The notes under the pieces are model-generated. The model worked only from the letters and a program-made list of their open reading frames with translations. It made no database searches and was not told the DNA's origin. Below, piece by piece: positions 26,826-34,865 of a DNA stretch of 45,085 nt. Source of the DNA: Candidatus Altiarchaeota archaeon (GTDB lineage Archaea > SpSt-1190 > DYHY01); assembly GCA_030622515.1 (NCBI GenBank), contig JAUXGB010000001.1:1-45085 (forward strand), read 5' to 3'. Both the position numbers and the translations under genes were made by a program. Each line of letters starts with the position of its first letter. Position 1 is the first letter of the stretch.

Positions 26826-27617
26826 ATGGGAAAACCAAACGTAATGGTGCTCACTGGATATGGAATTAACTGCGACGAAGAATCAAAGTTTGCATTTGAA
26901 AAAGCAGGGGCAATGGCAAAGATTGTTCATGTAAATGACTTGATTGACAATCCTGACCGGCTTGACAACTACGAAATCCTCTTTTTCCCGGGTGGCTTCT
27001 CCCACGGGGATGACACAGGTTCAGGAAAAGCTCTCGCAAGGAAGATAGATACCTATCTCGACGAAGAGCTTGAAGGATTCACCAGAAGGGACACACTAAC
27101 AATTGGGGTCTGCAATGGCTTTCAAGTGCTGACCCACCTTGGCCTTCTGCCAGCACTGGATGGGGCTAGTGAAAAGCAGGTCGCCCTTGTCCATAATGAT
27201 TCTGCACGCTACATTGACCGATGGGTTGACCTTAAAGTGAACAACGCAAGCCCTTGGCTAAAAGACATGGGAGAATTTAGCGCACCAATTGCCCACGGCG
27301 AGGGAAAGTTCTACGCAGACCCAGAAACTCTCAAAAAGATTGAGCAGGAAGGTCAGGTAGCACTTCGCTACTTCGATGGGCCAATATGTGACTATCAAGG
27401 CTTTGAAGCAAACCCAAATGGCTCACTACACAATATTGCAGGAATAACAGACAAAACGGGCAGGATACTTGGCATGATGCCCCACCCGGAACGTGCAATA
27501 GAAATCACTCATCTTCCTAACTGGACCTATCTAAAATCTGAACAAGGAAGGGAAAATCTCCCAGAAGAAGGTCCGGGAATGCAGCTCTTTAGGAATGCTG
27601 TGGAATATTTCGAATAG
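26826..27617 (+). CDS. purQ: phosphoribosylformylglycinamidine synthase glutaminase subunit
   Basis: Class I amidotransferase nucleophile GVCNGFQVL and MMPHPER. The start abuts the purL stop and is preceded by GGAGGG. Confidence 0.9.
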   Translation: MGKPNVMVLTGYGINCDEESKFAFEKAGAMAKIVHVNDLIDNPDRLDNYEILFFPGGFSHGDDTGSGKALARKIDTYLDEELEGFTRRDTLTIGVCNGFQVLTHLGLLPALDGASEKQVALVHNDSARYIDRWVDLKVNNASPWLKDMGEFSAPIAHGEGKFYADPETLKKIEQEGQVALRYFDGPICDYQGFEANPNGSLHNIAGITDKTGRILGMMPHPERAIEITHLPNWTYLKSEQGRENLPEEGPGMQLFRNAVEYFE

Positions 27618-27625
27618 GTGATAAG

Positions 27626-28753
27626 ATGAAAGGACTAACTTACGAAAAAGCAGGCGTTGACATTAAATTGGGCGATAAGGCCTCAGATATTTTCTTCAAC
27701 GCGGCAAAGCAGACTTGGAAAAACAGACAGGGCAAGCTAGGCGAGGTAGTTATGCCCTTCAAGGGATTTTCAGGCAAGAGATACATAGATGTTGGCGGCC
27801 TTCCCGAAGGCACTATAATGAGCTTTAACTTTGACGGCATAGGGACAAAAGTGGAAATTGCCGAGAGAATTGGAAAGTTCGACACTCTTGGAAAAGACCT
27901 ACTGGCAATGGTTGCTGAAGATTCAGCACGTGACGGCATGGAGCCTGTGCTTGTAGGGTCAATAGTTGATGTAAAAGCCCTCAAGAACAAGAAAAAACAA
28001 CCTTACCTTGGCGAAGTAAATCAACTCGCAGTAGGATACATGGATGCTGCAAACGATGCAGGAGTCGCGATATTCAACGGCGAAACGGCCGAACTTGGCT
28101 ATCTAGTTGGCGGCTACGGAAGAGAATTCAAGTTGAACTGGGGGGCAGCCTGCGTTGCCTTTGGCCACAAAAGCAGAGTTCTTACAGGTGACAAAATAGA
28201 GGAAGGCGATGCAATAGTTGGCCTAAAGGAAGACGGTTTCAGATCAAACGGACTATCTCTCGTTAGAAAGACTCTGAGGAAAGCCTATGGAAGAGACTGG
28301 CACAAAGGAAGAGAAGACATAGCAGAACAGGTTCTTGAACCATCGACAATCTACACAAAAGCACTTCTCGACATGACAGGCGGTGCAGACCTTGAAAGAA
28401 AACCACAGGTTGAGGTCCACGGAATAGCCCACGTAACTGGTGGAGGAGTTCCAGGCAAGCTTGGGAGGCTGCTCGAGCCGACGGGGCTGGGAGCCAGAAT
28501 CTCAAACCCAATGGAAGTTCCTGAGATAATGGACTATTGCCAGACGTTAGGAAAAGTCTCGAACAAGAATGCCTACAAGACTTGGAACATGGGACAGGGA
28601 ATGTTGGTTGTTCTTCCTAAGGAACAATCTGAAGAAGCAATCAAGATATCAAGCAGGTATGGTTTTGAGGCAGATGTAATTGGCACTATAACAACAGACA
28701 ACTATATTGCCATAAGGACAGATGCCAACAACATGGAGAAGTTTAGCATATAG
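27626..28753 (+). CDS. purM: phosphoribosylformylglycinamidine cyclo-ligase (AIR synthetase)
   Basis: PurM N-terminus LTYEKAGVDIKLGD plus FDGIGTKVEIAE and AHVTGGG. Preceded by AGGTGA. Confidence 0.9.
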   Translation: MKGLTYEKAGVDIKLGDKASDIFFNAAKQTWKNRQGKLGEVVMPFKGFSGKRYIDVGGLPEGTIMSFNFDGIGTKVEIAERIGKFDTLGKDLLAMVAEDSARDGMEPVLVGSIVDVKALKNKKKQPYLGEVNQLAVGYMDAANDAGVAIFNGETAELGYLVGGYGREFKLNWGAACVAFGHKSRVLTGDKIEEGDAIVGLKEDGFRSNGLSLVRKTLRKAYGRDWHKGREDIAEQVLEPSTIYTKALLDMTGGADLERKPQVEVHGIAHVTGGGVPGKLGRLLEPTGLGARISNPMEVPEIMDYCQTLGKVSNKNAYKTWNMGQGMLVVLPKEQSEEAIKISSRYGFEADVIGTITTDNYIAIRTDANNMEKFSI

Positions 28754-28761
28754 GTGAAAGA

Positions 28762-29616
28762 CTAGCTGACAAGCATTGCAGCGCCAGCGACAGCAGTCGC
28801 CGCGCCAAGAAGCCGCCTCTTCAGCTGCTTCTTCTCGCCAAGGAACAGGATGCCGAGCACCAGCGCAAGGACCGCCATAACCCTTGAGGCAGGGTAGGCA
28901 ATGTGGACATCCATCACAAGGTAGGCATTGAGGATGAAGTAGTAGGCAAGCAGCCCGCTAGTCGCCGCGCCGGCAATTGCAAGCATATCATTCCCTCTCG
29001 CAATCTTCCTAACCTTCTTGAAATCTATCCTGAAGACAAAGGGAAAGAAAAGTGCCGGGACCAGAAACCCCATTGCATTGTAAAACATGGGGTCAAAGTT
29101 TGGCACGTTGAACTTGTCAATAATGGCTCCAAAGCTGACAAGAAGCGCTCCAAGGATTGCGTACTGGACCCCCCTGTTTTTCAGGTGGCCAAAAGGATTC
29201 CTGTCCCATGTAGCAACAGTCAGGCCTGCAAAAAGAACCAGCATGCCAACTCCTCTTTCAACTGTTATGGCTTCGCCAAGGAGAAGTGTCGCAAGAATCG
29301 CAACAAAAAGAACCCTCACCCCGCCTATACCGGTGATTAGGGAGAGGTCGGCAAGCTCCATAGACAGGAACCTAAGTAAGGATGCAAAAATCCATAAAAA
29401 AGAGGCGAAGAGAAGTATTAGCCAAGGAGCTGCCTCAGACGGGAGATTGCTCAGGTCAGAGAGAAGAACAACCAGTATTATTCCAAAAGCCGCACCAACC
29501 AGCTGGAAAACATAGTTCTTGTGCAGTGCATCCCCGCCCTTGACAGCCACCTTCTGGAGAAAAATGCTGACTGCTCCAAAAAGAACCGCCAGCAGGATGT
29601 AGATGGTGCCAATCAT
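28762..29616 (-). CDS. EamA/DMT-family permease
   Basis: 284-aa ORF with 10 hydrophobic helices in two EamA-like halves. A TATA-like box lies 26 nt upstream. Confidence 0.8.
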   Translation of the reverse strand: MIGTIYILLAVLFGAVSIFLQKVAVKGGDALHKNYVFQLVGAAFGIILVVLLSDLSNLPSEAAPWLILLFASFLWIFASLLRFLSMELADLSLITGIGGVRVLFVAILATLLLGEAITVERGVGMLVLFAGLTVATWDRNPFGHLKNRGVQYAILGALLVSFGAIIDKFNVPNFDPMFYNAMGFLVPALFFPFVFRIDFKKVRKIARGNDMLAIAGAATSGLLAYYFILNAYLVMDVHIAYPASRVMAVLALVLGILFLGEKKQLKRRLLGAATAVAGAAMLVS

Positions 29617-29635
29617 TGCCGAGCTTCAGTTAGCC

Positions 29636-29648
29636 GGCTATTTAAGGA
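29636..29648 (-). promoter_or_regulatory. TATA-like box
   Basis: The minus strand reads TCCTTAAATAGCC, centred 26 nt upstream of ATG 29616. Confidence 0.45.
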
Positions 29649-29650
29649 TT

Positions 29651-30163
29651 TTATTTAGGCCGGTCAATTTTAATTCCCTTTATGTCCTCGTAGGCGCCAC
29701 TGAGGACCAACTTGTAATCGGTTGGCCCCTTTTTTTCTTCTGAGGAAAAAAGAACATTCTTGGCTTTTTCCTTAACTTTCTTGACCTTCTCCTTGACTTT
29801 CCCAAAGAAGCCAGTCGTTTTCTCCGCTGCCTTTTCCTGCGGCTTTGGGGTTCTGGCAATTTGGTTCAAAAGGTCGCCAATAGTGTCAAGGTATTTGCTA
29901 ACCTCGTCCTGGATTTTGACATCCTTGTACTTCTCAAGCCCAAGTATGTTCTTGTTGTAATTGAGAATCGTCCTGTGGGTCAGGAGCAGTGTCAGCCCTG
30001 CAGAAACCTTCGGGTCGCTTGGCCTGTGAGGAGACGTCTTCACATAATCTTTCACATGGTCCAGATATCTTGGGAAAGAGTCTCTCTCCCTTTTATTATC
30101 AACAGTTTCAACATACATGTTCACTATCCCATCAAATTCAGAAATTGGTCTTTTATCATCCAT
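29651..30163 (-). CDS. hypothetical protein with Lys-rich central helix (orphan)
   Basis: 170-aa ORF with the central segment GFFGKVKEKVKKVKEKAKNVLF. It has no own TATA at leaderless distance and is probably co-transcribed with the upstream orphan. Confidence 0.6.
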   Translation of the reverse strand: MDDKRPISEFDGIVNMYVETVDNKRERDSFPRYLDHVKDYVKTSPHRPSDPKVSAGLTLLLTHRTILNYNKNILGLEKYKDVKIQDEVSKYLDTIGDLLNQIARTPKPQEKAAEKTTGFFGKVKEKVKKVKEKAKNVLFSSEEKKGPTDYKLVLSGAYEDIKGIKIDRPK

Positions 30164-30225
30164 CTTTCATCCCTAAAAACAGAGGCCTTGCCCCTTTTTA
30201 CGCCTTTCCCCATTTCAGAGTGGTT

Positions 30226-30693
30226 TTAAACCAAAGCAACCTCAATATCCTTTCCAACCCTTTCATAGAGAACCCAGAGATTTTGCCTGTAGGAATCAGA
30301 AGCTGGTGCCTCGTGGCTTCGGAAAAATCCCTTGTGGTTTGCAGCCTCCTTCCTCTTCAACATGCTTTCAAAGTAGGTGGCAACATCGTCAAAGCTTTCC
30401 CTCAACTCATTTTCCTTGTCTATTTCCTCGTCTATTGAAAATTTGTACTCGAGGTGGCGGAACTTATGCTCCTTTTTGTCAAGAAGGCCGCTCTTGGAAA
30501 CAACAACCGTCAGGCCTGCCAGCAGCTCAGGGCCTGGAATCTGGACCTTCTTGTAATAGGCAATCGTTGTAATAAGGTTTCCAGCATTAGAGGAATACTT
30601 CAGGAGAAAGTCCTTGTCTTCAGGATTCGTTTCCCGCTCAAGATAGCCCTTGACAAGCCTGTCGGAAGTTTCAATCAGCTCCTCCCATTCCAT
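30226..30693 (-). CDS. hypothetical protein (orphan)
   Basis: 155-aa form from ATG 30693, with a TATA-like box centred 25 nt upstream. Predicted helical and acidic. No family recognised. Confidence 0.6.
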   Translation of the reverse strand: MEWEELIETSDRLVKGYLERETNPEDKDFLLKYSSNAGNLITTIAYYKKVQIPGPELLAGLTVVVSKSGLLDKKEHKFRHLEYKFSIDEEIDKENELRESFDDVATYFESMLKRKEAANHKGFFRSHEAPASDSYRQNLWVLYERVGKDIEVALV

Positions 30694-30923
30694 CAATAGA
30701 GGAACGACAACTAGTTTTTAACCCTTCCCCCACCTTTAGCACTTTCGAGTGGGTTTCCAACAACTCTCTGGCATCTTCCTTCCTGCCACTGAAATAGGGG
30801 AAAGACTGACGGAAATCATCGACAATCATCAAAATCAGGGTCGATAATCAACCGTCACGCATATAACGGGGATGGGGGCGGGGACCTTTTGTGAAGGTTA
30901 AAAGTGCAGGAGGTGCTTGAACC

Positions 30924-31118
30924 ATGGCAAAGAAAAATGACGACAGCATAACGCAGGTAGCAGACATCCTCTTATTGATAGGAGGTCTCCACCTTGGATT
31001 GGGAGTTGTTAACTACCCGATTCTTGGGTTGCTTGGAGCAGACATTGGGCAGATACTAGCTGGACTAATAGGTCTATCAGCTCTCTACCTGATTTACGGC
31101 AAATACCTTGCCAAGTAA
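30924..31118 (+). CDS. small membrane protein (DUF378-like)
   Basis: 64-aa ORF with two TM helices and the DUF378-like pattern LLLIGGLHLGLGVVNYPILGLLG...LIGLSALYLIYG. It has its own TATA-like box and a downstream hairpin with a T-run. Confidence 0.65.
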   Translation: MAKKNDDSITQVADILLLIGGLHLGLGVVNYPILGLLGADIGQILAGLIGLSALYLIYGKYLAK

Positions 31119-31158
31119 AGAAGAGCGCCCCTGACATGGGGCATCTCTTCTATTTTTT
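31119..31158 (+). terminator. hairpin plus T6 tract
   Basis: AGAAGAGCGCCCC - loop TGACAT - GGGGCATCTCTTCT (7 bp + 5 bp with a small internal loop) is followed by ATTTTTT, directly after the stop at 31116-31118. Confidence 0.55.
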
Positions 31159-31231
31159 CAGTTACCTATAATTAGCACCCTTCTTGATTCTACCTTGTGG
31201 AACAAGCCCTTCTCTACACTCTGGCCAGCGT

Positions 31232-31404
31232 AAGCCCCTCCTCCTCGCCTTCGCTGCAGGAGGGTTCACCTACATCGCCTTAACCGACCTTATGCCAGAG
31301 CTCCACAGGGAGTGCAGCACCACAAGCAGCTGACCTCAACCCTTGCCCTCCTCGGCGGCATAGACCTAATCTACTTCCTTATCCGGAATCTTCCCCACGT
31401 TTAA
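31232..31404 (+). pseudogene. decayed 3-prime fragment of a ZIP-family metal transporter
   Basis: One frame reads KPLLLAFAAGGFTYIALTDLMPELHRECSTTSS-stop. The -1 frame continues HHKQLTSTLALLGGIDLIYFLIRNLPHV-stop. Together they resemble the last two helices of a ZIP/GufA-type protein. No start codon or N-terminal 200 aa is present. Confidence 0.65.
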
Positions 31405-31448
31405 AGCCCCGGCGTATTCTATATAAACCCAAAGAGCCTGCCAAGCCT

Positions 31449-31775
31449 ATGGCAAAGAAAATAAGTTCAGATGAGCTGATGGCAGGAATTCTTTCCTACA
31501 TCGGGTTCTTGGTGTTGGTTCCTCTTTTTGTGATAAAGAAGAGGACAACCGTTGCGAACTTCCACATCCAACAGGGGATGAACCTCTTCTTGCTGGAAGT
31601 TATAGCATGGGTAATAGGCATGGTGCCGGTCCTTGGCTGGGCTGTGGCCGCTTTAACCACCATTTTCTGTGTTGTAGTCTCCCTGATAGCAATACTCAAC
31701 GCTGTTCAGGGAAAGATGTGGAAGATTCCAGTTGTCCACGGGCTGAAGCTCTTCGACATAAGCAACCTGAAGTAA
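31449..31775 (+). CDS. small membrane protein (DUF4870-like)
   Basis: 108-aa ORF with the pattern MAGILSYIGFLVLVPLFVIKKRTTVANFHIQQGMNLFLLEVI and 3 TM helices. A TATA-like box lies 26 nt upstream. Confidence 0.65.
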   Translation: MAKKISSDELMAGILSYIGFLVLVPLFVIKKRTTVANFHIQQGMNLFLLEVIAWVIGMVPVLGWAVAALTTIFCVVVSLIAILNAVQGKMWKIPVVHGLKLFDISNLK

Positions 31776-31780
31776 AGTGC

Positions 31781-31811
31781 GGGCCCCGCGGGGCCCTTTT
31801 TCTTTATTTTT
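31781..31811 (+). terminator. GC-rich palindrome plus T-rich tract
   Basis: GGGCCCCGCGGGGCCC is followed by TTTTTCTTTATTTTT, 5 nt after the stop at 31773-31775. Confidence 0.6.
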
Positions 31812-31849
31812 CCGAAAGGTTAATCTAAGAAGTCCCTCTTCATTAATCT

Positions 31850-32011
31850 ATGAGGGGCGTCACACCAGTCAACATTATCCTCCCCGTCTTCTGCCTTGGG
31901 GCAATTGTCGGCTACGCGATTGGCGACATCAAGCTCGGGGCAACAGCAGGCCTCATCCTTGGTGTAATCCTCGCCGCCATTGGCGGAAGCGAGAAGATGG
32001 TAGTTAACTAA
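31850..32011 (+). CDS. small two-helix membrane protein
   Basis: 53-aa ORF absent from the track: MRGVTPVNIILPVFCLGAIVGYAIGDIKLGATAGLILGVILAAIGGSEKMVVN. A TATA-like box is centred 28 nt upstream. Confidence 0.5.
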   Translation: MRGVTPVNIILPVFCLGAIVGYAIGDIKLGATAGLILGVILAAIGGSEKMVVN

Positions 32012-32037
32012 ATAAGCCGGTTAAGCTTTTTAGCCCC

Positions 32038-33609
32038 ATGAAAAGGCTTTTTGGAATATTCTTAGGAATTTTACTATTGGTTTCTCCCGTTGTTGCGCCA
32101 AACACGGAAGGGACAACCACTACAACCACCAGCGGCTGGTACACAACCGAGGGGATTTGGTTAAGCAGCGACTGCGTTAACCTTTGCCACCAGTACAACT
32201 ACCAGGCAACCCTGACAAACGAGGGAAAGAAAGACGTCGACTGGAACTGCTACAATGTCTGCATTAGGGAAGGCAAGCTTCTCCCGACTCAGGAAGAAGA
32301 AGAGTTAATCAATGCCATGATGGAAGACGCACCGACGCTAAGCACAATTACAATTTCCCAAGAAGCCCCTGTGCCTACCCTCATATCCTCAGCTACAGGC
32401 CTAATCAAAACCACCACCCTTACTACTTCCTCAAGCGGAGGAACAGGCCCTGTAGTTAGTGTTATTCAAGTTGAAACTACATCTTCCTCAGGCGGTTCAG
32501 GCGGAGCTGCAGCCCCAACTCAATTGACGAAAATCTGCCATATCGATGAAAACCTCATGAGAGACTATGACTATCTTTTAAGGCAGCTTAAGGAAGCCGA
32601 CGCAGTCGGCGACACCGAGTCTGCAAACCAGATTGAGGAAAAAATCAGGGCACTTAAGCAGGAAATTGAGAGGAGCCGGACCTGCGAGGAAGTTCCCATG
32701 GAAGTTAGGACAGAGACTGCAACAGCCGAAGTGGCGAGGCCTATTGCTACCTCAGTGATTGACAAGTGCCGCGATGCAAATGACTGGAGGGAGAAACTCA
32801 GCTTCTACGAAAGGCTCTACAGCCTGAACGACGAGCAGCTGAGGGACAAGGGATTCTCCCGCGAGGAAGTTCTCAAAATCAAGCTGGAGCTTCGCGAGGG
32901 AGTCGCCAGACTTGACAAGGAGTGCAAGCTACAGCAGTCAGGCGAGGCTGGTCTCATAACAGCTGTCGAGAAGCCGGTAGTGGCGTCAAGGCCTGTCGAG
33001 ATAACAGACTACTACAAGAAGAAAATAGACGCTGTTGTCCAGTCTGGCCAACCCGTTCAGGAGCAGATACAAAGCCTTAAGCGGTTGCGTGGCGAGATAG
33101 ACGAATTAATCGAGAGGCTTGTGAAGGAAAAAGAGGAAATTGCCTTTGACGAGATGGAAGGCCTTGTTGAGGAAATAGAAATGACGCCAACCTCTCTTAT
33201 TGTTGACGATAACAACATAGAGGTAACAAACAAGGAGATTTCAACAAGAATCGGGAACATGGAGCTGAGGATAAGGCAGCTTGAGGACACGGTGGCCATT
33301 GAGCAGGGCGGCCGGATTGTCAAGGTAAATGCCGACAGCGTAACGATTCGGGAAGGAAACCTAAACATTGGCGGGAAAGCCATCTCAATAGCCCCGTCCG
33401 AGGCAATCGCCGCGGCAAAACTTGTGCCAAAGGAGGTTGTTGTCGATACAGTTGGTGAAAAAGCAGTCTACAGGATATCGGCAGAGAACCAGAAGCGGCT
33501 GTTTTGGGTAATCCCTGTCGTCGTTAGCGAGGAAGCAGTTGTTGACGCGGAAAGCGGAAGTGTTATCTCGATAAATGCACCGTGGTGGAGTGCCTTGGCC
33601 TTCGGATAA
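32038..33609 (+). CDS. secreted modular protein with a Cys-containing head, Thr/Ser linkers, coiled coil and a PepSY-like C-terminal domain
   Basis: 523-aa ORF with signal peptide MKRLFGIFLGILLLVSPVVAP. Also TTTTTTSG and TTSSSGGTG / TTSSSGGSGG linkers, long heptad-like E/K/R/L region. The C-terminus AISIAPSEAIAAAKLVPKEVVVDTVGEKAVYRISAENQKRLFWVIPVVVSEEAVVDAESGSVISI fits the PepSY pattern. Confidence 0.7.
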   Translation: MKRLFGIFLGILLLVSPVVAPNTEGTTTTTTSGWYTTEGIWLSSDCVNLCHQYNYQATLTNEGKKDVDWNCYNVCIREGKLLPTQEEEELINAMMEDAPTLSTITISQEAPVPTLISSATGLIKTTTLTTSSSGGTGPVVSVIQVETTSSSGGSGGAAAPTQLTKICHIDENLMRDYDYLLRQLKEADAVGDTESANQIEEKIRALKQEIERSRTCEEVPMEVRTETATAEVARPIATSVIDKCRDANDWREKLSFYERLYSLNDEQLRDKGFSREEVLKIKLELREGVARLDKECKLQQSGEAGLITAVEKPVVASRPVEITDYYKKKIDAVVQSGQPVQEQIQSLKRLRGEIDELIERLVKEKEEIAFDEMEGLVEEIEMTPTSLIVDDNNIEVTNKEISTRIGNMELRIRQLEDTVAIEQGGRIVKVNADSVTIREGNLNIGGKAISIAPSEAIAAAKLVPKEVVVDTVGEKAVYRISAENQKRLFWVIPVVVSEEAVVDAESGSVISINAPWWSALAFG

Positions 33610-33662
33610 CCCCTCAACCTATTAATAAGGGAAGCCAGATATTGTTTTTAGGAGGAATTAAA

Positions 33663-33941
33663 GTGAAGAATGTTGGAAAACTCGACCAGATGATACGACT
33701 AGTCTTGGGATGTGCCCTTCTATTCATTGGAGGGCAAAAGCCAGGCCTCATGATGTGGGTATTCTCCCTGCTCGGTCTGATTGTTTTGTACACTGCCTGG
33801 ACAAGGACCTGCCCGCTCTACGACATGCTTGGCTGCAAAGGACCGAAGACGTCCCGCGTGGTAAGAGCAGCTCCGAAGAGGAAGGCCGCCAGGAAGAGAC
33901 CCAAGAGGAAAGCGAAGAAAAGAAAGAGGAAAAGAAGGTAG
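33663..33941 (+). CDS. DUF2892 (YgaP-like) membrane protein with polybasic tail
   Basis: GTG 33663 lies 7 nt after GGAGG. DUF2892 pattern NVGKLDQMIRLVLGCALLFIGG...TRTCPLYDMLG, then the tail RVVRAAPKRKAARKRPKRKAKKRKRKRR. Confidence 0.65.
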   Translation: MKNVGKLDQMIRLVLGCALLFIGGQKPGLMMWVFSLLGLIVLYTAWTRTCPLYDMLGCKGPKTSRVVRAAPKRKAARKRPKRKAKKRKRKRR

Positions 33942-33970
33942 ATAGGTCGAGGGGCTAGCGCCCCACCTTT

Positions 33971-34726
33971 CTAAATTATGTAAGTTTCCTTTTCTTTTGC
34001 AGCGTGAGAGTTCTCAAAAACAGTTTTTGCCTCAGCTTCAAACTCGTTTTGGTTTCCCCAAGCTGTTATATGGGTTAGAAGCAACAGTTTCACATTGGCT
34101 GCCTTTGCAAGTTCTCCAGATTCCAAAGCCGTTGTATGGCCCGTCTGAATTGCTATGTCTTTTGATTTGTCTAAATAGTTTGCTTCGTGAATAAGACAGT
34201 CTGCATCCCTTGCAAACTTCACAGCCCCCTCAAAGGTCTCTCCAGCCGACCTCATGTCAGTCATATAGACAAGTGTCTTGTCACCATCAAAAATCCTGAA
34301 ACCCTTGACTCCACCGGGATGTTCAAAACTCTCGGTCTTAACAGACACCTTTCCCTTCGGAGTCTCAATTTCAAACTCGTCCTCAATCTCAATCAGATTA
34401 ACTTTGAAAGGCATGAGGCGGAAACTCTGTGGAGAGTAGGGAGGTTCAAGATATCTGTAAAGATTATCCTTTTCTCCTTTAGGAACATAAATGTCAACCT
34501 CCTCAACACCAAGAGCAAGCTGCATGCAAAAGAAACCGCTTATGTGGTCGTGGTGGAGGTGCGACAGCAGGATGGAAACCTTTTCCACATTTTTAACTTC
34601 TTCTTTCGCCCGGAAGAACCCAGAGCCAAAGTCGAGGAAGATGTTCAGGTCTTTGATAAAATAGCAGGCAGTATGCCTGCCATCAATGCTGAATCCGCCT
34701 GTCGAGCCAAGAATCTTTAGTTCCAT
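33971..34726 (-). CDS. MBL-fold metallo-hydrolase
   Basis: Metallo-beta-lactamase motif LLSHLHHDHISG and a downstream His/Asp pattern (FEHPGG, YMTDM, THIT). A TATA-like box lies 26 nt upstream. Confidence 0.85.
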   Translation of the reverse strand: MELKILGSTGGFSIDGRHTACYFIKDLNIFLDFGSGFFRAKEEVKNVEKVSILLSHLHHDHISGFFCMQLALGVEEVDIYVPKGEKDNLYRYLEPPYSPQSFRLMPFKVNLIEIEDEFEIETPKGKVSVKTESFEHPGGVKGFRIFDGDKTLVYMTDMRSAGETFEGAVKFARDADCLIHEANYLDKSKDIAIQTGHTTALESGELAKAANVKLLLLTHITAWGNQNEFEAEAKTVFENSHAAKEKETYII

Positions 34727-34833
34727 AACGGGAGGAAAGGGCCCAGCTTATTAATGGTTTCCAAAAAGCCCATATGGTTTCGAAAGTTACCAACCCCCCT
34801 CCAAATTTATCAGGCCCATCGGCTCTGGTTAAA

Positions 34834-34848
34834 ACTATTTTAAGTAGG
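34834..34848 (+). promoter_or_regulatory. TATA-like box
   Basis: ACTATTTTAAGTAGG is centred 25 nt upstream of ATG 34866. Confidence 0.5.
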
Positions 34849-34865
34849 AGCAGGAATCATCCCTC

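Noticed and set aside
30862-30885. G-run cluster GGGGATGGGGGCGGGG as a potential G-quadruplex
   Set aside because: Only three G-tracts are contiguous, and a fourth is not within normal loop distance. Most likely it is incidental.
31777-32007. 76-aa ORF starting inside the GC palindrome
   Set aside because: It begins within the terminator hairpin and the product is Arg/Pro-rich. The 53-aa membrane ORF in another frame (31850-32011) has a properly spaced TATA-like box.
34187-34720. 177-aa plus-strand ORF, and likewise 36337-36972 (211 aa), 28903-29515, 41605-41982 and 17414-17842
   Set aside because: All are antisense shadows of genes with clear family signatures (MBL hydrolase, ThrC-like, EamA, APC permease, OB-fold).
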